DNA of 64,000 nt from Nemertoderma westbladi (GCA_032718475.1 JAUCBJ010007101.1:1-64000); one strand, 5' to 3'. Positions 1-13,131 are shown, counted from the first letter of the stretch. The notes: generated by a model from the sequence alone, not told the origin. Made by a program: numbers and translations.

Positions 1-3
1 ACG

Positions 4-215
4 GAAATTCAACTTGGAAAATTTCTAAACTTTGGCCAGACTACATGTGTACCAAGTTTGGTTAAATTTCATTAACATTTGGCTGAGTTATTAACCAACT
101 TAATTAACTAATTAACTGCTATTATCTTAGCTTCTCGAAGGCCATGCGAAAATTCACCTTGGAAAATTTCTAAACTTTGGCCAGACTATATGTGTACCAA
201 GTTTGGTTAAAAATT
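4..215. repeat. Two direct copies of a ~65-bp unit (probable end of an interspersed repeat)
   Basis: aaattc(a/c)cttggaaaatttctaaactttggccagacta(c/t)atgtgtaccaagtttggttaaa occurs at ~5 and ~150. Confidence 0.6.
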
Positions 216-635
216 GGACACAACAGAACGACAGATCAACACATCTGGTTGAGAAGCTGTTGAAAAAGTAAAGATATATAACTAAATGTTATAAACATAC
301 TGTACTTAATTACATCATATTATTCCAACAATACATATTATTATAGGTACTTATACTATTAGTTACCTACTATTAATTAAGGGTGGGGTAATTAATAGTT
401 ATATAACTTATATCCTTCATATGATGTTAAAATAAGAAATTAGCTACAAAAATGTTATACATTGAAACTCTGCCAATTCTGAAGACTATATTTGGACTCG
501 GTCTCTACGTTCGTCCGTGTTCAGTGTAACGTGCTAACTCCATAAGGATACGATGTTCCGAATCAGCTAAACTAACCAACCCCATCCCATCCCCCTGATC
601 TAAACGAAACAACTTCCATTAAACCAACGTAAGCC

Positions 636-1344
636 AACACAATAACCAATTGGCTTCTTTATGGCTGCTTGAATCCCTTCCCACCCATCACAATAACCAA
701 AGTTCATGGCTGTTTGAATCCCTTCCCACTCATAACCAACGTTCATGGTTGCTTGAATCCCTTCCCACCCATCACAATAACCAAAGTTCATGGCGGTTTG
801 AATCCATTCCCACTCAACACAATAACCAACGTTCATGGTTGCTTGAATCCCTTCCCACCCAACACAATAACCAACGTTCATGGCTGCTTGAATCCCTTCC
901 CACCCATCACAATAACCAAAGTTCATGGCTGTTTGAATCCCTTCCCACTCAACACAATAACCAAAGTTCATGGCTGTTTGAATCCCTTCCCACTCAACAC
1001 AATAACCAACGTTCATGGCTGCTTGAATCACTTCCCAGCCAACACAATAACCAACGTTCATGGCTGCTTGAATCCCTTCCCACCCATCACAATAACCAAA
1101 GTTCATGGCTGTTTGAATCCCTTCCCACTCAACACAATAACCAACGTTCATGGCTGCTTGAATCCCTTCCCACTCAACACAATAACCAACGTTCATGGCT
1201 GATTGAATCCTTTTCCACCCAACACAATAACCAAAGTTCATGGCTGTTTGAATCCCTTCCCACTCAACACAATAACCAACGTCCATGACCATGGCTGCTT
1301 GAATCCCTTCCCACTCAACACAATAACCAACGTTCATGGCTGCT
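636..1344. repeat. 45-bp minisatellite array, ~16 units (inverted relative to the 20680-25613 array)
   Basis: Unit ggctgcttgaatcccttcccacccaacacaataaccaacgttcat in tandem; it explains the repetitive ORFs at 600-1403. Confidence 0.97.
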
Positions 1345-1671
1345 CGACAGATACATATTCATGTGGTATAAGCGCGCTATCTCCTCATCAGGGTCGGCGC
1401 TAATATCGCACACGTCAATGGTGAAGTCGTAGGGATATCGAGTCCGGTATTCTCGTCGCAACACCTCCATGCGATCCCCCAACGCTCGCATTCTTTCTCT
1501 CCTCAGCTCTTTGTCGTAGGTGGGTTTATATTTCCCATTCAGCTCCATCACCGACCTCCCGTGATAATAAACGTTTGAGTCTTTACACCCATGCCGGGCA
1601 AACGGTAGCTCTGCTTCCTCCCTGGCGGTAAATCCTCTCCTCGGTTCCTCTTGGATGTCTTTACTCATCAT
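1345..1671 (-). pseudogene. N-terminal fragment of element C accessory ORF, cut by the 45-bp array
   Basis: KYKPTYDKELRRE...TIDVCDISADPDEEIARLYH resembles RYIEPPMSQEQLARE...PIDLHDTDDVDTEREMVLFKYH of the B accessory ORF; it sits downstream of integrase, the same slot as in B. Confidence 0.65.
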
Positions 1672-3319
1672 TACTTCCTGTGCGTATTATATATGTTTAA
1701 AAAATATATATTCCAATAGTCCGTTACATAAGCTAATTATACTGTGGGTGGATCAGTTAGATAGTGCGGAGGGATAGACATCCCGAGCTACCTGGCCCGC
1801 CTTCCAGCAGTTCAGGATCGGCTTTCTGGATACCGTCTCATTCTTAACTACCTTCTAACCTATTCCCATGCATAGCGCAAAAACTTCGGAGATAAACTGG
1901 CCGTGACCGACTCACTTTTTGATGCCCAAACTACTCCCCAATACTTGTACTAGACTACAGTAGGCCGACTATACCAAACCCGCAGGTTTGATTATCGAGC
2001 ACCTCACTCCACTACGAACTACTGAGTGGGGTCTGTGTACGCCTCTGGTGCTACTAACCTTTAGCACCTTTAGTTGTTGTACTGTTGGCACCAATCTGTG
2101 GAAGTTACTGAAATCAATTTACACTCCTACATAATAATAGCCGTAGCCATGGTGTCTAGATACTATTTTCCAGGCTTCACGACTTTCAAATTACTGTACA
2201 CTTATAGACAGGTCCTAGAACGCGTCTATGTAGCGTTTGGAATTGTCTTGGGTTCGCTTATAATTTTAAAATTTTCAATTTTCCAAACATTTATGAAAAT
2301 TTAATTTTGTTTTGATACCCACCAGACAAATTCTCAACGCAATTCACCACAAACCCGCTCCTATGCATTTCCGAGTATTTGCATACGAGGAATGCATACG
2401 AAGTGAATTTGCGTTCTGACACTAATTCTGTTTTGAGGCAGAAGACAAATTATAGTCTCCTGTCTCGATGCGTGTTTCTTCTAGTAACACAATATCCTAC
2501 ACACAATCCTGTCCAAGGTGTGTAAACCCTTAGTTTTACACTTTTTCTTGTTCGGACATTTGCACCTTATTTTGACAGTGACGGTGCGCACTATATTCTA
2601 TACGTCCGGGTGTATGTGCAAGATTACGGCGGCTTCCTAGTATTTTCTATCTATTTTCTGGTTCGGTTATTAATACATAGTCTCCTCCTTAGGGGCTCCG
2701 AACTGTTTTGTACCATTTAGATCTGGTGGATATTGTGGGAAGATAATATTCCTGCCAATATTCCCAGAATGTGTACGCTATAAACTGGGTTATTTTCCAG
2801 CCTTTTCGACTATATAGGTCGGCACTAGTGGGTTCTGATGCTGGTACAAGAAATGCCGGACTCTGCATAAGCAGGTGATTTGGTGTCAATGCAACACTGT
2901 CGGGTAACATAGCTATCGGTCTCGAGTGTAGAGTAGTATGCTCGATTTCGATAAAAGCTGATACCAGCTCATCGTCCGTTAATTGTTTATTCACAGGCAA
3001 TGTTTTTGCGATGGCCTGTTTTATAGAGCGAACCAGACGCTCCCAACTTCCTCCTCTCCAGGGACTTTCTGGGGTATTAAACCTCCACTCGATTCTTTGC
3101 GGCAAAAGTGCTGCAGAGATTTCTTTGTTTTGCGCCGCCCTATGAGCCGCGTTCAACTCGCTATCCCCTCCTACAAAGTTAGTATCCTTGTCGGAGAAGA
3201 ACGCCTTTACTAGTCCTCTCCTGGCCATGAATCTCTTCAAAGCCAGGAGTAGAGATTTGGTTGACATGTCTGCCACACGTTCTATGTGTACGGCTCTACT
3301 TGCCATACATATCAGTAGC

Positions 3320-5184
3320 TACGGAAGCCCATTACGGCCACCTTCGCGGACATCATGACAAACTGAGGGGATACCCCGGATACCTGCAAAAGCGCGCCGT
3401 TGACAAAATTTTGTCAAAGGCGCGCGGTCTGTCAATAGCGAGCCCCGCAGTAATATTTATTACGTAACTAGAGAGCCGCTTAACAACATAAACCAAGAAT
3501 ATTGGATATTGATTCCGTCTTGGTGTACGCCGCGCAGACACTAAAGTTGCAATAACTTTTGAGTCTGTGAATGGATTTTGCTCAAATTACTTGCAAACCT
3601 TTCCTACGTCGATGCTCTTTCAATAAATAAACCTCAACATTTGGGGTATATTCGAGCGAAAAAGTAACAATTTAAGAATAAAATATATTATTACAATTAG
3701 GTTTTATTAATAAGAGTATTTTATTACAACTTTGAATTTAGCAGTTTGCAACGCTTAATACTTTCCTGCCAATCTTTCGGCTCTGGATGCCACCCAAGCC
3801 TTTCCCGAACGAACAAACAATACTCTTGAATATCAGATAGTGGTTGCTCATCATAATAAATATTACGTTGAACTGTTTGGAACTTTTCCCCTTGTGGATC
3901 TAAAACTTTATGCAGTCCTGACTTCCCGCCGCGAATGGAAGGGTTGTAATAATTAATTAACGGCTTACCACTCACAGTATCATTATGTGACTTGCGTATG
4001 AAATGCGTATTCCAATCGTTAAGCAAATCGTCCAAATGTTTCTGAATTAGTTTATTGCAACAAAACCACAATAATTCTTTTTGATTGTCGTTCACTGGGT
4101 TGTATTCTCCTATCTCTATAAGGTCACTGAACAGATTAATCCACCACTGTGTAAAAGATTTTCGTAATATCGCCCACCATGACTCAATACGTTGGTTTCG
4201 GCAAGATCTTTATATAACGATGAGCATCAGATCTATCTCGTAAAATACGCCTGAGCGGCTGCCATACTGCCATTTTCAGTCCCCTTATCTGTTTCCAAAC
4301 GTAATGGGCAACCATATTCTTGAACTGCATCCAAGAAAAATGTACAAATAATTTTAGGGTCATTGTTACTTCTAGTAACCTTTAGCCATATTATATAACG
4401 GGACCAGCCATCAATGCAGCCATGTATTGGGAAGCCATATGGCTTAAGTTTGTCATATCCGTCTGAATGCCACACAGCATTTGGACCAAGCGTTCTATAA
4501 ATACGTCTCTGTAGTCTATGTCTGTGTCTTAATGTACTGGCTTGGGGATTTAAACTGTGCAGAATGTACTGTATAACACTACGAGGTACCTGATAGCCCT
4601 TCAGTCGAAGCCTTTGCCATATATGACGATAACCCCACAGTGACGCATGACCGCCAACCAGTTCTATAATTTCATCAACGATATCTTCTAAGGTTCTTGG
4701 ATCGTAATCCCAAAACACACGACGCCGAAGTCCAGTAAACGTCGCCTAAGTGACCTATCACTGATATGGACACCATGAAAGTGTAGTAAACTTATAATCT
4801 CAGGATTGGTAAATCCCTTCATGAAAAGCTGGGTTATAATTAAAATCAACAAAATTCTATCCATATTCAATATTCAAAATACTGTAGCATAGTATAATAG
4901 TATAATAACAGTATACCGCTAACAACTGTCAAGCTGACAAGTACTGAAAGTAAACACAGTACCAGTACTGCGTGTTGAATAGGCATGTCAGCAGGTCGCG
5001 GGGTTGTCAGAGTGCGCGCCGTTGACAAAATATTTTACAATCTGACAACAGGGCTCGCCGTTGGCAGAACGCGCGCCATTAGCAGAACGCGCGCCGTTGA
5101 CAGAATATTTGACAACGGCGCTCTTTTGCTGGTTTCCCCAGTTTGTCAAGAGATCCGCGAAGGTGGCCGTATTGGGCTTCCGTA
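3320..5184 (-). mobile_element. IS3EU-like DNA transposon
   Basis: Imperfect TIRs tacggaagcccattacggccaccttcgcgga / tccgcgaaggtggccgtattgggcttccgta; 6-bp TSD AGTAGC (3314-3319, 5185-5190); TAC...GTA termini; subterminal gcgcgccgttgaca repeats; IS3/IS481-like DDE ORF. Confidence 0.88.
3724..4870 (-). pseudogene. IS3/IS481-like DDE transposase (frameshifted)
   Basis: HTH-like ISDRSLRRRL and WGYRHIWQRL; catalytic WHSDGYDKLKPYGFPIHGCIDGWSR, LETDKGTEN, NQRIESWW, WNTHFIR; split across three ORFs. Confidence 0.85.
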
Positions 5185-5824
5185 AGTAGCAGACCCCATC
5201 TCTTGTGAGTCAGCCGTCCACTCTTTGCCTCAATCGGGCCAAAACAGTCCACCCCCGTATTTGTGAAAGGTGGATCATATGCCTGCACTCTCGCTCTTGG
5301 GAGTTCAGCCATTTTCTGTTCCAATACTCTGGCGTTCACTCTCTTGCAAACCAGACAGGCGTCGTACATAGTGCCTACCGCCCTGCTTGGCTGCAACAGA
5401 ATGAATCGCTGTCTCGCTGCCGACAAGCAGTGTAACCTTCCCGCGTGATGCGGCCTCTTATGTATATCCCACAGAATCGCTCTTTGCAATTCTATTGGGT
5501 GACTAGGGATTATCACTGGGAACCTAAACTGTGAGTTAGTCGACAGTCTGGATTCTTGATCTATGACAAATCAAACCCTTATGGATTAATGGACTCCATT
5601 TCTTGAGGGGTTTATAGAGAACTGGTCGTTGAGCCGATAACAAATAGAATTCTTTTGAGAAGGCACACATTTGATAATGCCTCAAATGCTTTAATTCCGC
5701 TTGGTCAATCTCATCCTCTGTTAGAGGTTGTTTCAATCTCTGAATTCGCTCACTATTAGTGCTCGTTTGATCTCCTAAAATGCTTCGTATGTTTTAAACG
5801 AAGGAACGAAACATATCGGCTTAA

Positions 5825-7700
5825 TCACGCGGTTCTTTTACAAATTATCAGCCAAGAGGCGGACGAATTTAGCAATTTGTCATAAATACTACGTGGCTCT
5901 AATGCCAGCGACGGTTGCCCACTGGCCAATGGAATCTTCGAATCCAAACCCGCAGGGTTGGAAACCGAAGGCTCAGTCTTGGTGGTCATTTTCTGTCCGT
6001 AATTTTCTAACTGTGACCCTTGTGCAGTCTGTAAGGGTGGTTTTATGTCATAACTTACCCTTCCGGACCTTGTAGTCACATAAGTCTCTTGGTCTGACAG
6101 GTCTCCGGGCCGCTCCAATGATTCTTCAGGCCGCTCCAATGACTCTTCAGGCCGCTCCAATGACTCGAGTTTGGCTTTCGATTTAGACTTGGAAACCTTC
6201 TCCACTTTGACCTCTGCATCTATCGGCATCGGATTGGTAACGATCTTCAGTCGCTCTGGCCAATGCTCCTGTGTCCTCGTTAGAAAATCCGGCCCATGTA
6301 ACCAAAACTCTTGAGATTCTTCCTGGCAGAATTCCGCCGGCATAGCACCTCTCGAAGATATGTCGGCCGGGTTTAACACTCCCGGACAATGTCTCCATTG
6401 TTCCTTCGTCGAAAAGTCGACGATCTGGGCGCGTCTGTTGGCTACAAATGTCTTTAGCGCAATATTGTCCGCTGCAATATACACTAACACTAAAGATGCG
6501 TCCGTCCAATATAATAATGTCAAGGTCGTGTCTAACTCCTCTATTATCTGTTTACTTACCTCGACCGATACTACTGCTGCCTGCAACTCTGCACGAGGGA
6601 CCGTCCTGTATTTGACCGGCATTGTCTTTGATCTATAAGTCACAAAGGCTGTCGCAAACTTATCTTGACTCCACCTCTCGGCGAAGGTAGGCTACCATAC
6701 CAAAGCCGGTGTCACTTGCGTCACTGAACATGTGCAGCTCTAGATCAGCTGGGAATACCAGCTGATTCGGAAAGTAGGAACGGGGTACATCTATATTTTT
6801 CAATAGATGCAACTCGGCTTCCCACTCTCTCCACTGCTTTGCATGTATAGGGGATATCGGCTCGTCCCACTCTAAGTCGGACATCCAGATTTTCCTCATA
6901 CATATCCGAGCCTGTAATATTACCGGACTGATAAAGTTCATCGGGTCGAATAGTCTACTCATAGTCGATAAAACAGATTCTCTTAGTCAAAGTCTTGTCT
7001 GGGCTACTGGGTTCGAACCTAACTCTTACCTGGAATTTGTCCGTATTCGGATTCCAACCAAGTCCCAGTACTCGCGCCATGGTTCTACACCCAACTCTAT
7101 GTCTCCGCTCTCGCGATCCTTCACTGGGAACGACTCCAATAATGCCTCCGAGTTAGTGGTGAACTTGGTCAGTGGGAAACCTCCCGTAGCCAAGCACTCC
7201 TGTAGACCGTGAGCCACTTCTATGGCTTGTTCTGCTGTGTCTTTGGACACCAATCCGTCGTCCATGTAAAAGTTCCTCAAGATGGACTCGATTGCATCTA
7301 CTGGATAATTACCAATCTGAACTGTCGCCGTTTTCTTTAAGACAAACAGCGTGCCGTTGGGACTGTCGCGGGCGCCGATTCATTCTTCATTCTCATACCA
7401 GAGAAATCGGAGACTATCCTGGTCCGCCTTGCAGGCTCTTACCTGGTGGAACATCGCCACGATGTCGCAAGTGAAGGCAAATCGCGCTGTCTAAAGCGTA
7501 ACAGTATCCCTATTAGGTAATTGTTGAGATTGGGACCATCCATCAATTCTGAATTCAGGGACATTCCTCTATAGACTGCTGCGCAGTCATTGACCACTCG
7601 GACCTTGTTTGGTTTGTCGGGGTGAGTCACATAGTGGTGCGGGAGGTAATAAGTCTGATCCGTTACTAAGTCGGGGTTCTCTACCTTCCCGGCAAATCCG
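5825..7700 (-). pseudogene. BEL/Pao reverse transcriptase-RNase H
   Basis: ORFs 7439-7708, 7026-7280 (YMDD), 6660-6962 (FDP, WDEP, FSDAS) and 5825-6643 (PRAEL, NPAD..SRG, WLHGPDFL). Confidence 0.92.
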
Positions 7701-7727
7701 GCGCTCAACCAACTGAGCTACCCCGCC
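7698..7727 (-). mobile_element. tRNA-like SINE head fragment abutting the truncated RT
   Basis: Minus strand ggcggggtagctcagttggttgagcgccgg (A-box-like) matches the 5' end of the SINE at 11168-11405. Confidence 0.5.
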
Positions 7728-8984
7728 TTCTACCCCTTAAATCAGAATCAAGGCCAAAGACCTCAATTGACGTAGCAGCGCGATGGCTGCCGTTGCATTG
7801 CATTTGCTTATACAGTAATTGTGTAAATTCGACAAGCTTCCTTCCTGCCCCTGTCTCTAATTATACTAATAAATGTAAATAAACAAATCCAAGCGCTAGC
7901 GCCTGCGCACCCCCTAAAATACCTTCTAAAAATTTCCGTAATTTAATTTGAATACTCTGATAAGTTAAATTTATTGAAAACCTAATTTGTTTTAAAGTAA
8001 ACTATGTTATGTACATCATTAGATACGTATTTTTTAATTCAGTTTAAAGTATTGTAATTATAATTTTTTAAATATTAAAAATCAAATTGGGTTAGTAATA
8101 CTTATTAAATTATGCTCATTAATTTTTAATTAATGGAGGGTTTTAACCATCCGGCCGACAAACCACACTTTTGCTCACAGGTCGTTGTAAGACAAGGTAT
8201 GAATATAACCCCATTGATCCCATCCCCTCTCTTGTTGTGGACTATTACTATATCATTGTAGAAGCTGCGGACCTGCACCTCCCCCACCCCCCCCCCATTA
8301 TAATGTGTTGTAGCCATCCACCCAACCCATTGCGTAACTCAGAATTAAACTCCACACAGCACAGCCCATACCTGCCATTGCTTTCATTACGCCACATCGC
8401 CAAGTGGAGATTCAATTGTGGCTGTGTATTATTATAATCATTATTAGATTGACAACACAGTGTTGTGGTAGTGTACCAGTACCAGATTAAGTCTTCTAAT
8501 AGGCCCCACTAACAACTCCGGGCTACGTTCTGGAATACAGCCTCTGGAATATTATTAAATTATTTTCATTAGAAATTATTCACTAGAAAGCCAGTCTGTC
8601 AATTTAATCGCCCAGTATCAATTCCCGCGGGCTAATACAATTTATTTTCGGGCTAAGGATGCCCTGCCCACTGGCTAAGAAAGCTTGCGGGCAAACGATT
8701 CCCATTTTGCGGGCTAAGAATTCCCGCGGGCTAAGTCATCACCCAACCGCGCCCATGTTAAGTTTCCCAGGATTCCCATTCCCAGCGAAAAAAAACCACA
8801 TCGAATAGGAATTTGGCCCATTCACTATCATTAGGCAACTTTCGTATTTTCGACCCTCTTCCCAAACAGTCTGGGAAACTTCACATGGGGGGTGTTTTGG
8901 TATTTACGTGCTGCGCGAATTCCTCTTTTTTTGAGGGGGGGGGGGGGGGGGGTGGTCTGTTGATCAGTCGGTCGGACGTTGAGT

Positions 8985-9325
8985 GAGAAGGTGGATGGGT
9001 GGGAAGGGAAGGTGGGTTGTTGGGTTAAGATGGGAGTGTGGGTGGATGGGAATGTGGGAAGATGGGAATGCGGGAAGGTGGATGGGATTGTGGGAAGGTG
9101 GATGGGAATGTGGGAAGATGGGAATGCGGGAAGGTGGATAGGATTGTGGGAAGGTGGATGGGAATGTAGGGAGATGGGAATGTAGGAAGGTGGATGGGAA
9201 TGTGGGAAGGTGGATGGGAATGTGGGAAGGTGTGTGGGAATATAGGGAGATGGGAATGTGGGAAGATGAGAATGTTTGAAGGTGGGTGGGAATGTGGGAA
9301 GAAGGGAATGTGGGTATGTGGGAAG
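8985..9325. repeat. G/A-rich degenerate ~16-20-bp tandem repeat
   Basis: gggaatgtgggaaggtggat-type units; strong purine strand bias. Confidence 0.85.
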
Positions 9326-9334
9326 ATTGATTGG

Positions 9335-10580
9335 ATAGAAAAGCCCGTTGCTGTAACCCGCTCCTTTCCCTCAATTGGTAGGTAAAAACAACGTTTATTG
9401 TTTTGTTTAGAAAAGCCCGCCTCTGTAACCTACTCCTTTCCTTAAATTGGTAGATAACAACACAACAACGTTTATTGTTTTGGTTAGAAATGCCCGCTGC
9501 TGTGACCTGCTCCTTTCTCTCAATTGGTAGGTAAAAACAACATTTATTGTTTTGTTTAGAAAAGCTGCCTCTGTAAACTACTCCTCTCCTTCAATTGGTA
9601 ACAACATAGTTTATTATTTCGTTTAGAAAAGCCCGCCTCTGTAACCTGCTCCTTTCCCTCAATTGGTAACAATATCGTTTATTGTTTTGGTTAGAAAAGC
9701 CCGTCTCTGTAACGTGCTCCATTCCCTCAATTGGTAACAACATCGTTTACTGTTTTGGTTAGAAAGAGCGTCCGTGTAACCTGCTCCTTTCCCTCAATTG
9801 GTAACAATATCGTTTATCGTTTTGGTTAGAAATGCCCGCCACTGTAGCCTGCACTTCTCCCTCCATTGGTAACAATATCGTTTGTTGTTTTGGTTAGAAA
9901 AGCCCGCCTCTGTAACCTGCTCCTTTCCCTAGATTGGTAGGCAACAACATCGTTTATTGTTTCGTTTACAAAAGCCTGCCACTGTAGCCTGCACTTCTCC
10001 CTCCATTGGTAACAATATCGTTTGTTGTTTTGGTTAGAAAAGCCCGCCTCTGTAACCTGCTCCTTTCCCTAGATTAGTAGGCAACAACATCGTTTATTGT
10101 TTCGTTTACAAAAGCCCGCCTCTGTAACCTGATCCTTTCCCTCAATTGGTAACAATATCGTTTATTGTTTTGGTTAGAAAAGCCCGCCTCTGTAACCTGC
10201 TCCTTTCCCTCAATTGGTAACAACATCGTTTATTGTTTTGGTTAGAAAGAGCGTCCTTGTAACCTGCACCTTTCCCTCAATTGGTAACAATATCGTTTAT
10301 TGTTTTGGTTAGAAAAGCCCGCCTCCTTTAACCATCTCCTCTCCCTCAATTGGTAACAATATCGTTTATTGTTTTGGTTAGAAAAGCCCGCCTCTGTAAC
10401 CTGCTCCTTTCCCTAGATTGGTAGGCAACAACATCGTTTATTGTTTCGTTTACAAAAGCCTGCCTCTGTAACCTGCTCCTTTCCCTCAATTGGTAACAAT
10501 ATCGTTTATTGTTTTGGTTAGAAAAGCCCGCCTCTGTAATCTGCTCCTTTCCCTCAATTGGTAACAACATTGTTTATTGT
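9335..10580. repeat. 68-bp (72-bp variant) tandem repeat, ~18 units
   Basis: Unit ttggtaacaatatcgtttattgttttggttagaaaagcccgcctctgtaacctgctcctttccctcaa. Confidence 0.95.
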
Positions 10581-11167
10581 TGTAACTGATTAACTATTGT
10601 GTAACTCATTAACTCCTATGTAACTGATTAACTTATTACCTCCTTTGTAACTGCACCAAGCTCTCCCGGCCTCCACAATCCCCAGTATCGTATATATTCC
10701 CTATACGATACCCGAGAGCCGGAGTAATAAACTGGTGTGGTTCAAACTATAGGTAGAAACAAACTGCCAAGAGATCCTACACTGCCTAGGTGTGCCAGTA
10801 ACCGCAACAATCATAGCCAAAAATGTTCATTGATTAAAGTTAAATTCAAAGCTGAAAATAAGGTTCGCCAGAAGTTGAGATAACATACTATACAGTAACC
10901 ATAATAAACCTATAAATTGGTTGCTACAAACACATATCATAATATTATTAATAAAAACTGCTCGTTAATTATATTCATTTTCCTTTATGGCTAAGCAGTA
11001 CGGAATAAAAATGGCGAACGTGTGATTAACGCCAGTCGAAGGCGAATTTTATGATTCATCGCTAAAATTGGCAGTCTATGTTCCCTTCGGGTCGCCTCGT
11101 CTCAGGCTTTGGGCCAATTGTTTGTTTGATTGATTTGCTTGATAATATGCCATTCAGCTGCTCATTT

Positions 11168-11405
11168 AAGCAAAAAGCATACAGTCGGCCGAAGCCGGAG
11201 GTGACCAGAAGGCTCCTCTTTCGATAGCTGCTACCTGAGCGTAGGGGTCGGCGCTACTCTTATTCCAAGATTTTCTCCCAGTTATTTAACTGGTACTCAT
11301 TTTATCGACCCCAGTGGATGAAAGGCTGAGTGGACCCTGGCGGGGCTGAACCTACAACCAATAGATTGCAGGCCCGGCGCTCAACCAAATGAACTACCAC
11401 GCTGC
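11168..11405 (-). mobile_element. tRNA-derived SINE with a conserved-type central domain
   Basis: Minus strand: A-box-like tagttcatttgg, B-box-like ggttcagcc, then ccactcagcctttcatcc...ggtcgataaaatgagtacc (resembles, from memory, the central domain of widespread metazoan SINEs) and a LINE-like tail. Confidence 0.7.
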
Positions 11406-11447
11406 TCATTTAACTTTAAGTAATTCACTCAACTAAGGACAGGTTTA

Positions 11448-12356
11448 TCAAGCAGTTTGTACTGAACCCAAAACTTCGTTGGAACCAATTCCTATAATCT
11501 TCTTAACCCGCTGGCGAAATGATTTACTCATGAACACAAAGACTAGAGGGTTTATACTGAGGTTAATGAGTAGCAATAGGAACATCCAGAATGGTGTAGA
11601 GGCGTTTGTGACTACCATCCCGTAAATATTGTCTACCACGTTGGGTGTCCAACATACGAAGTAAGTGATTCCACACACTATAACTGTGAATACCAAGTTT
11701 CGTTCCCTAATGGTGGTGGTTTCGGGTACGACCCCTAGTGGTGCGACGCGTTTCCGCAAACGGCGCATCCATCTGTAAATAGCGCCGTAGCAAGCGCACA
11801 TAATACACAGAGGCACAACCCAGTCATCAGTTATATAAAATATGTTGACTGCTGTTGTGTAAGAGTAGCTGCTAACATCCAGTATGCACTTGTTTTCTTT
11901 AGTTACGTTTATAATAGAGTATAGAAATAATTCTTGCGCATTTCCATAAATCCAAGCAAACGCTAAAATTGGCACATATACAGCCTTCCTGTTGCTATGG
12001 TTACGATGCTTGATAGGATGGCACACGCTAGACCACCTATCCATGTACAATAGGTTAAGACTCCAGACAGATGTTTTTATGATTCCCCACATTGGAAGAC
12101 TGCTCCACCACAGCAGGCAGTAGGTGTAGTTACCTGGATAACCAATGGGTGTTCGAGTTTTACCTTCTATGCTACTCACTGCAAATATTAATCCGGCCAG
12201 CAGGTTTGCCACTGATTGGTTAATCATTATACGATCGGATAACAGATAGGGAATCTTGGATAGCCAAAATATAAATAGGTTAAAACCGTTTATCACCACT
12301 GCTAAACAACCAATCAAAGTGTAGATCACAATAATTACAATATTGTCAAAATCCAT
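11448..12356 (-). CDS. Single-exon rhodopsin-like (class A) orphan GPCR
   Basis: Seven hydrophobic segments; TM3 Cys (YTYC), DRW..VCHP, TM4 Trp, ECL2 Cys, TM5 VVP..Y, TM6 CWTP, TM7 NPLVF, helix 8 SKSFR. First ATG at 12356; the ORF is open to 12371 and an upstream exon is possible. Confidence 0.9.
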   Translation of the reverse strand: MDFDNIVIIVIYTLIGCLAVVINGFNLFIFWLSKIPYLLSDRIMINQSVANLLAGLIFAVSSIEGKTRTPIGYPGNYTYCLLWWSSLPMWGIIKTSVWSLNLLYMDRWSSVCHPIKHRNHSNRKAVYVPILAFAWIYGNAQELFLYSIINVTKENKCILDVSSYSYTTAVNIFYITDDWVVPLCIMCACYGAIYRWMRRLRKRVAPLGVVPETTTIRERNLVFTVIVCGITYFVCWTPNVVDNIYGMVVTNASTPFWMFLLLLINLSINPLVFVFMSKSFRQRVKKIIGIGSNEVLGSVQTA

Positions 12357-13131
12357 ATCGATAAACAACAATATTGAAATTACGAAACATTGAAATTAAG
12401 AAGCATAACAATTGAATAACAATTGCAACTTGAAAATTTAATATTTATTATTTATTATATTACTATTACTGTTAGAAGTTGAAAGATTCATTTCAGTTGA
12501 AAGATTATGGATATATTATATATTATTAAGAGAGGATAAGGTCAACACCCACTGTAACAATAACCCGCGGTAGTAGTTGAGTGTGGCAATAAATAATAAG
12601 AAATATTAATAACAACGCATCAGTACCTTGGTTTGGTATGAATTGAGTAGTCCGTTAATACCCACCCGTAATAGCGGGGGATTTGTTGTTATCACTCCAC
12701 AACACAAACTTGCAAGGATGTTTTCCCACAAGCTTTATATTAGAGTTGTGTATACTACTTAACTTTAAACCATTTTACTCGACTTATCATAGTGTTTTGC
12801 TGTTATTTTACCATAGCTTCCGATCTTATACCCATTGGTTTGATTATGGCCTGTTTCTCTTCTATCTTTGTGCAATACACAATGAAATGTAATGGAGGTT
12901 CCATTTTGTATTCTGCTACTGCTCTGCAGGTGCTGCCGTAGATTTCGCATTGTAACCTCATCAACTTCAATTAAGAGTTGCTCCATATAAGTGAGTTAGT
13001 TAAAATAAACTTAATTCACTGAGTTTAATGAATGATTTTAAAGAAAATGGGAAGTTAGCTGGATGCCTGATCCTGATAGAGGCTGTGCACAATTGATTAT
13101 ATACATAATTGAATGCTCCAGGTGTATATTC

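Larger units (their letters stand above)
2480..5760 (-). pseudogene. BEL/Pao integrase (interrupted by the DNA transposon at 3320-5184)
   Basis: Removing 3320-5184 and one TSD copy restores KRWGLLLICMASRAVHIE; ORFs 5079-5516 and 2689-3306 carry the Zn-binding and DDE motifs. Confidence 0.92.
1345..7700 (-). mobile_element. Degraded BEL/Pao LTR retrotransposon (element C, 5'-truncated part: pol plus start of 3' accessory ORF)
   Basis: Minus-strand order RT (YLPHH, MDGPNL, NFYMDDGL), RNase H (HMFSDAS, TVPRAELQAA, WRHCPGVLNPADISSRG), integrase (H-H-C-C, GVDCFGP, SDKDTNF, GGSWERLVRSIK, LTPNHLL); many stops and frameshifts. Confidence 0.93.

Noticed and set aside
8964-9385. His/Pro- or Gly/Trp-rich ORFs
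   Set aside because: Translations of a low-complexity purine repeat.
11330-11405. Functional tRNA gene
   Set aside because: Degenerate A/B boxes run directly into SINE body sequence.
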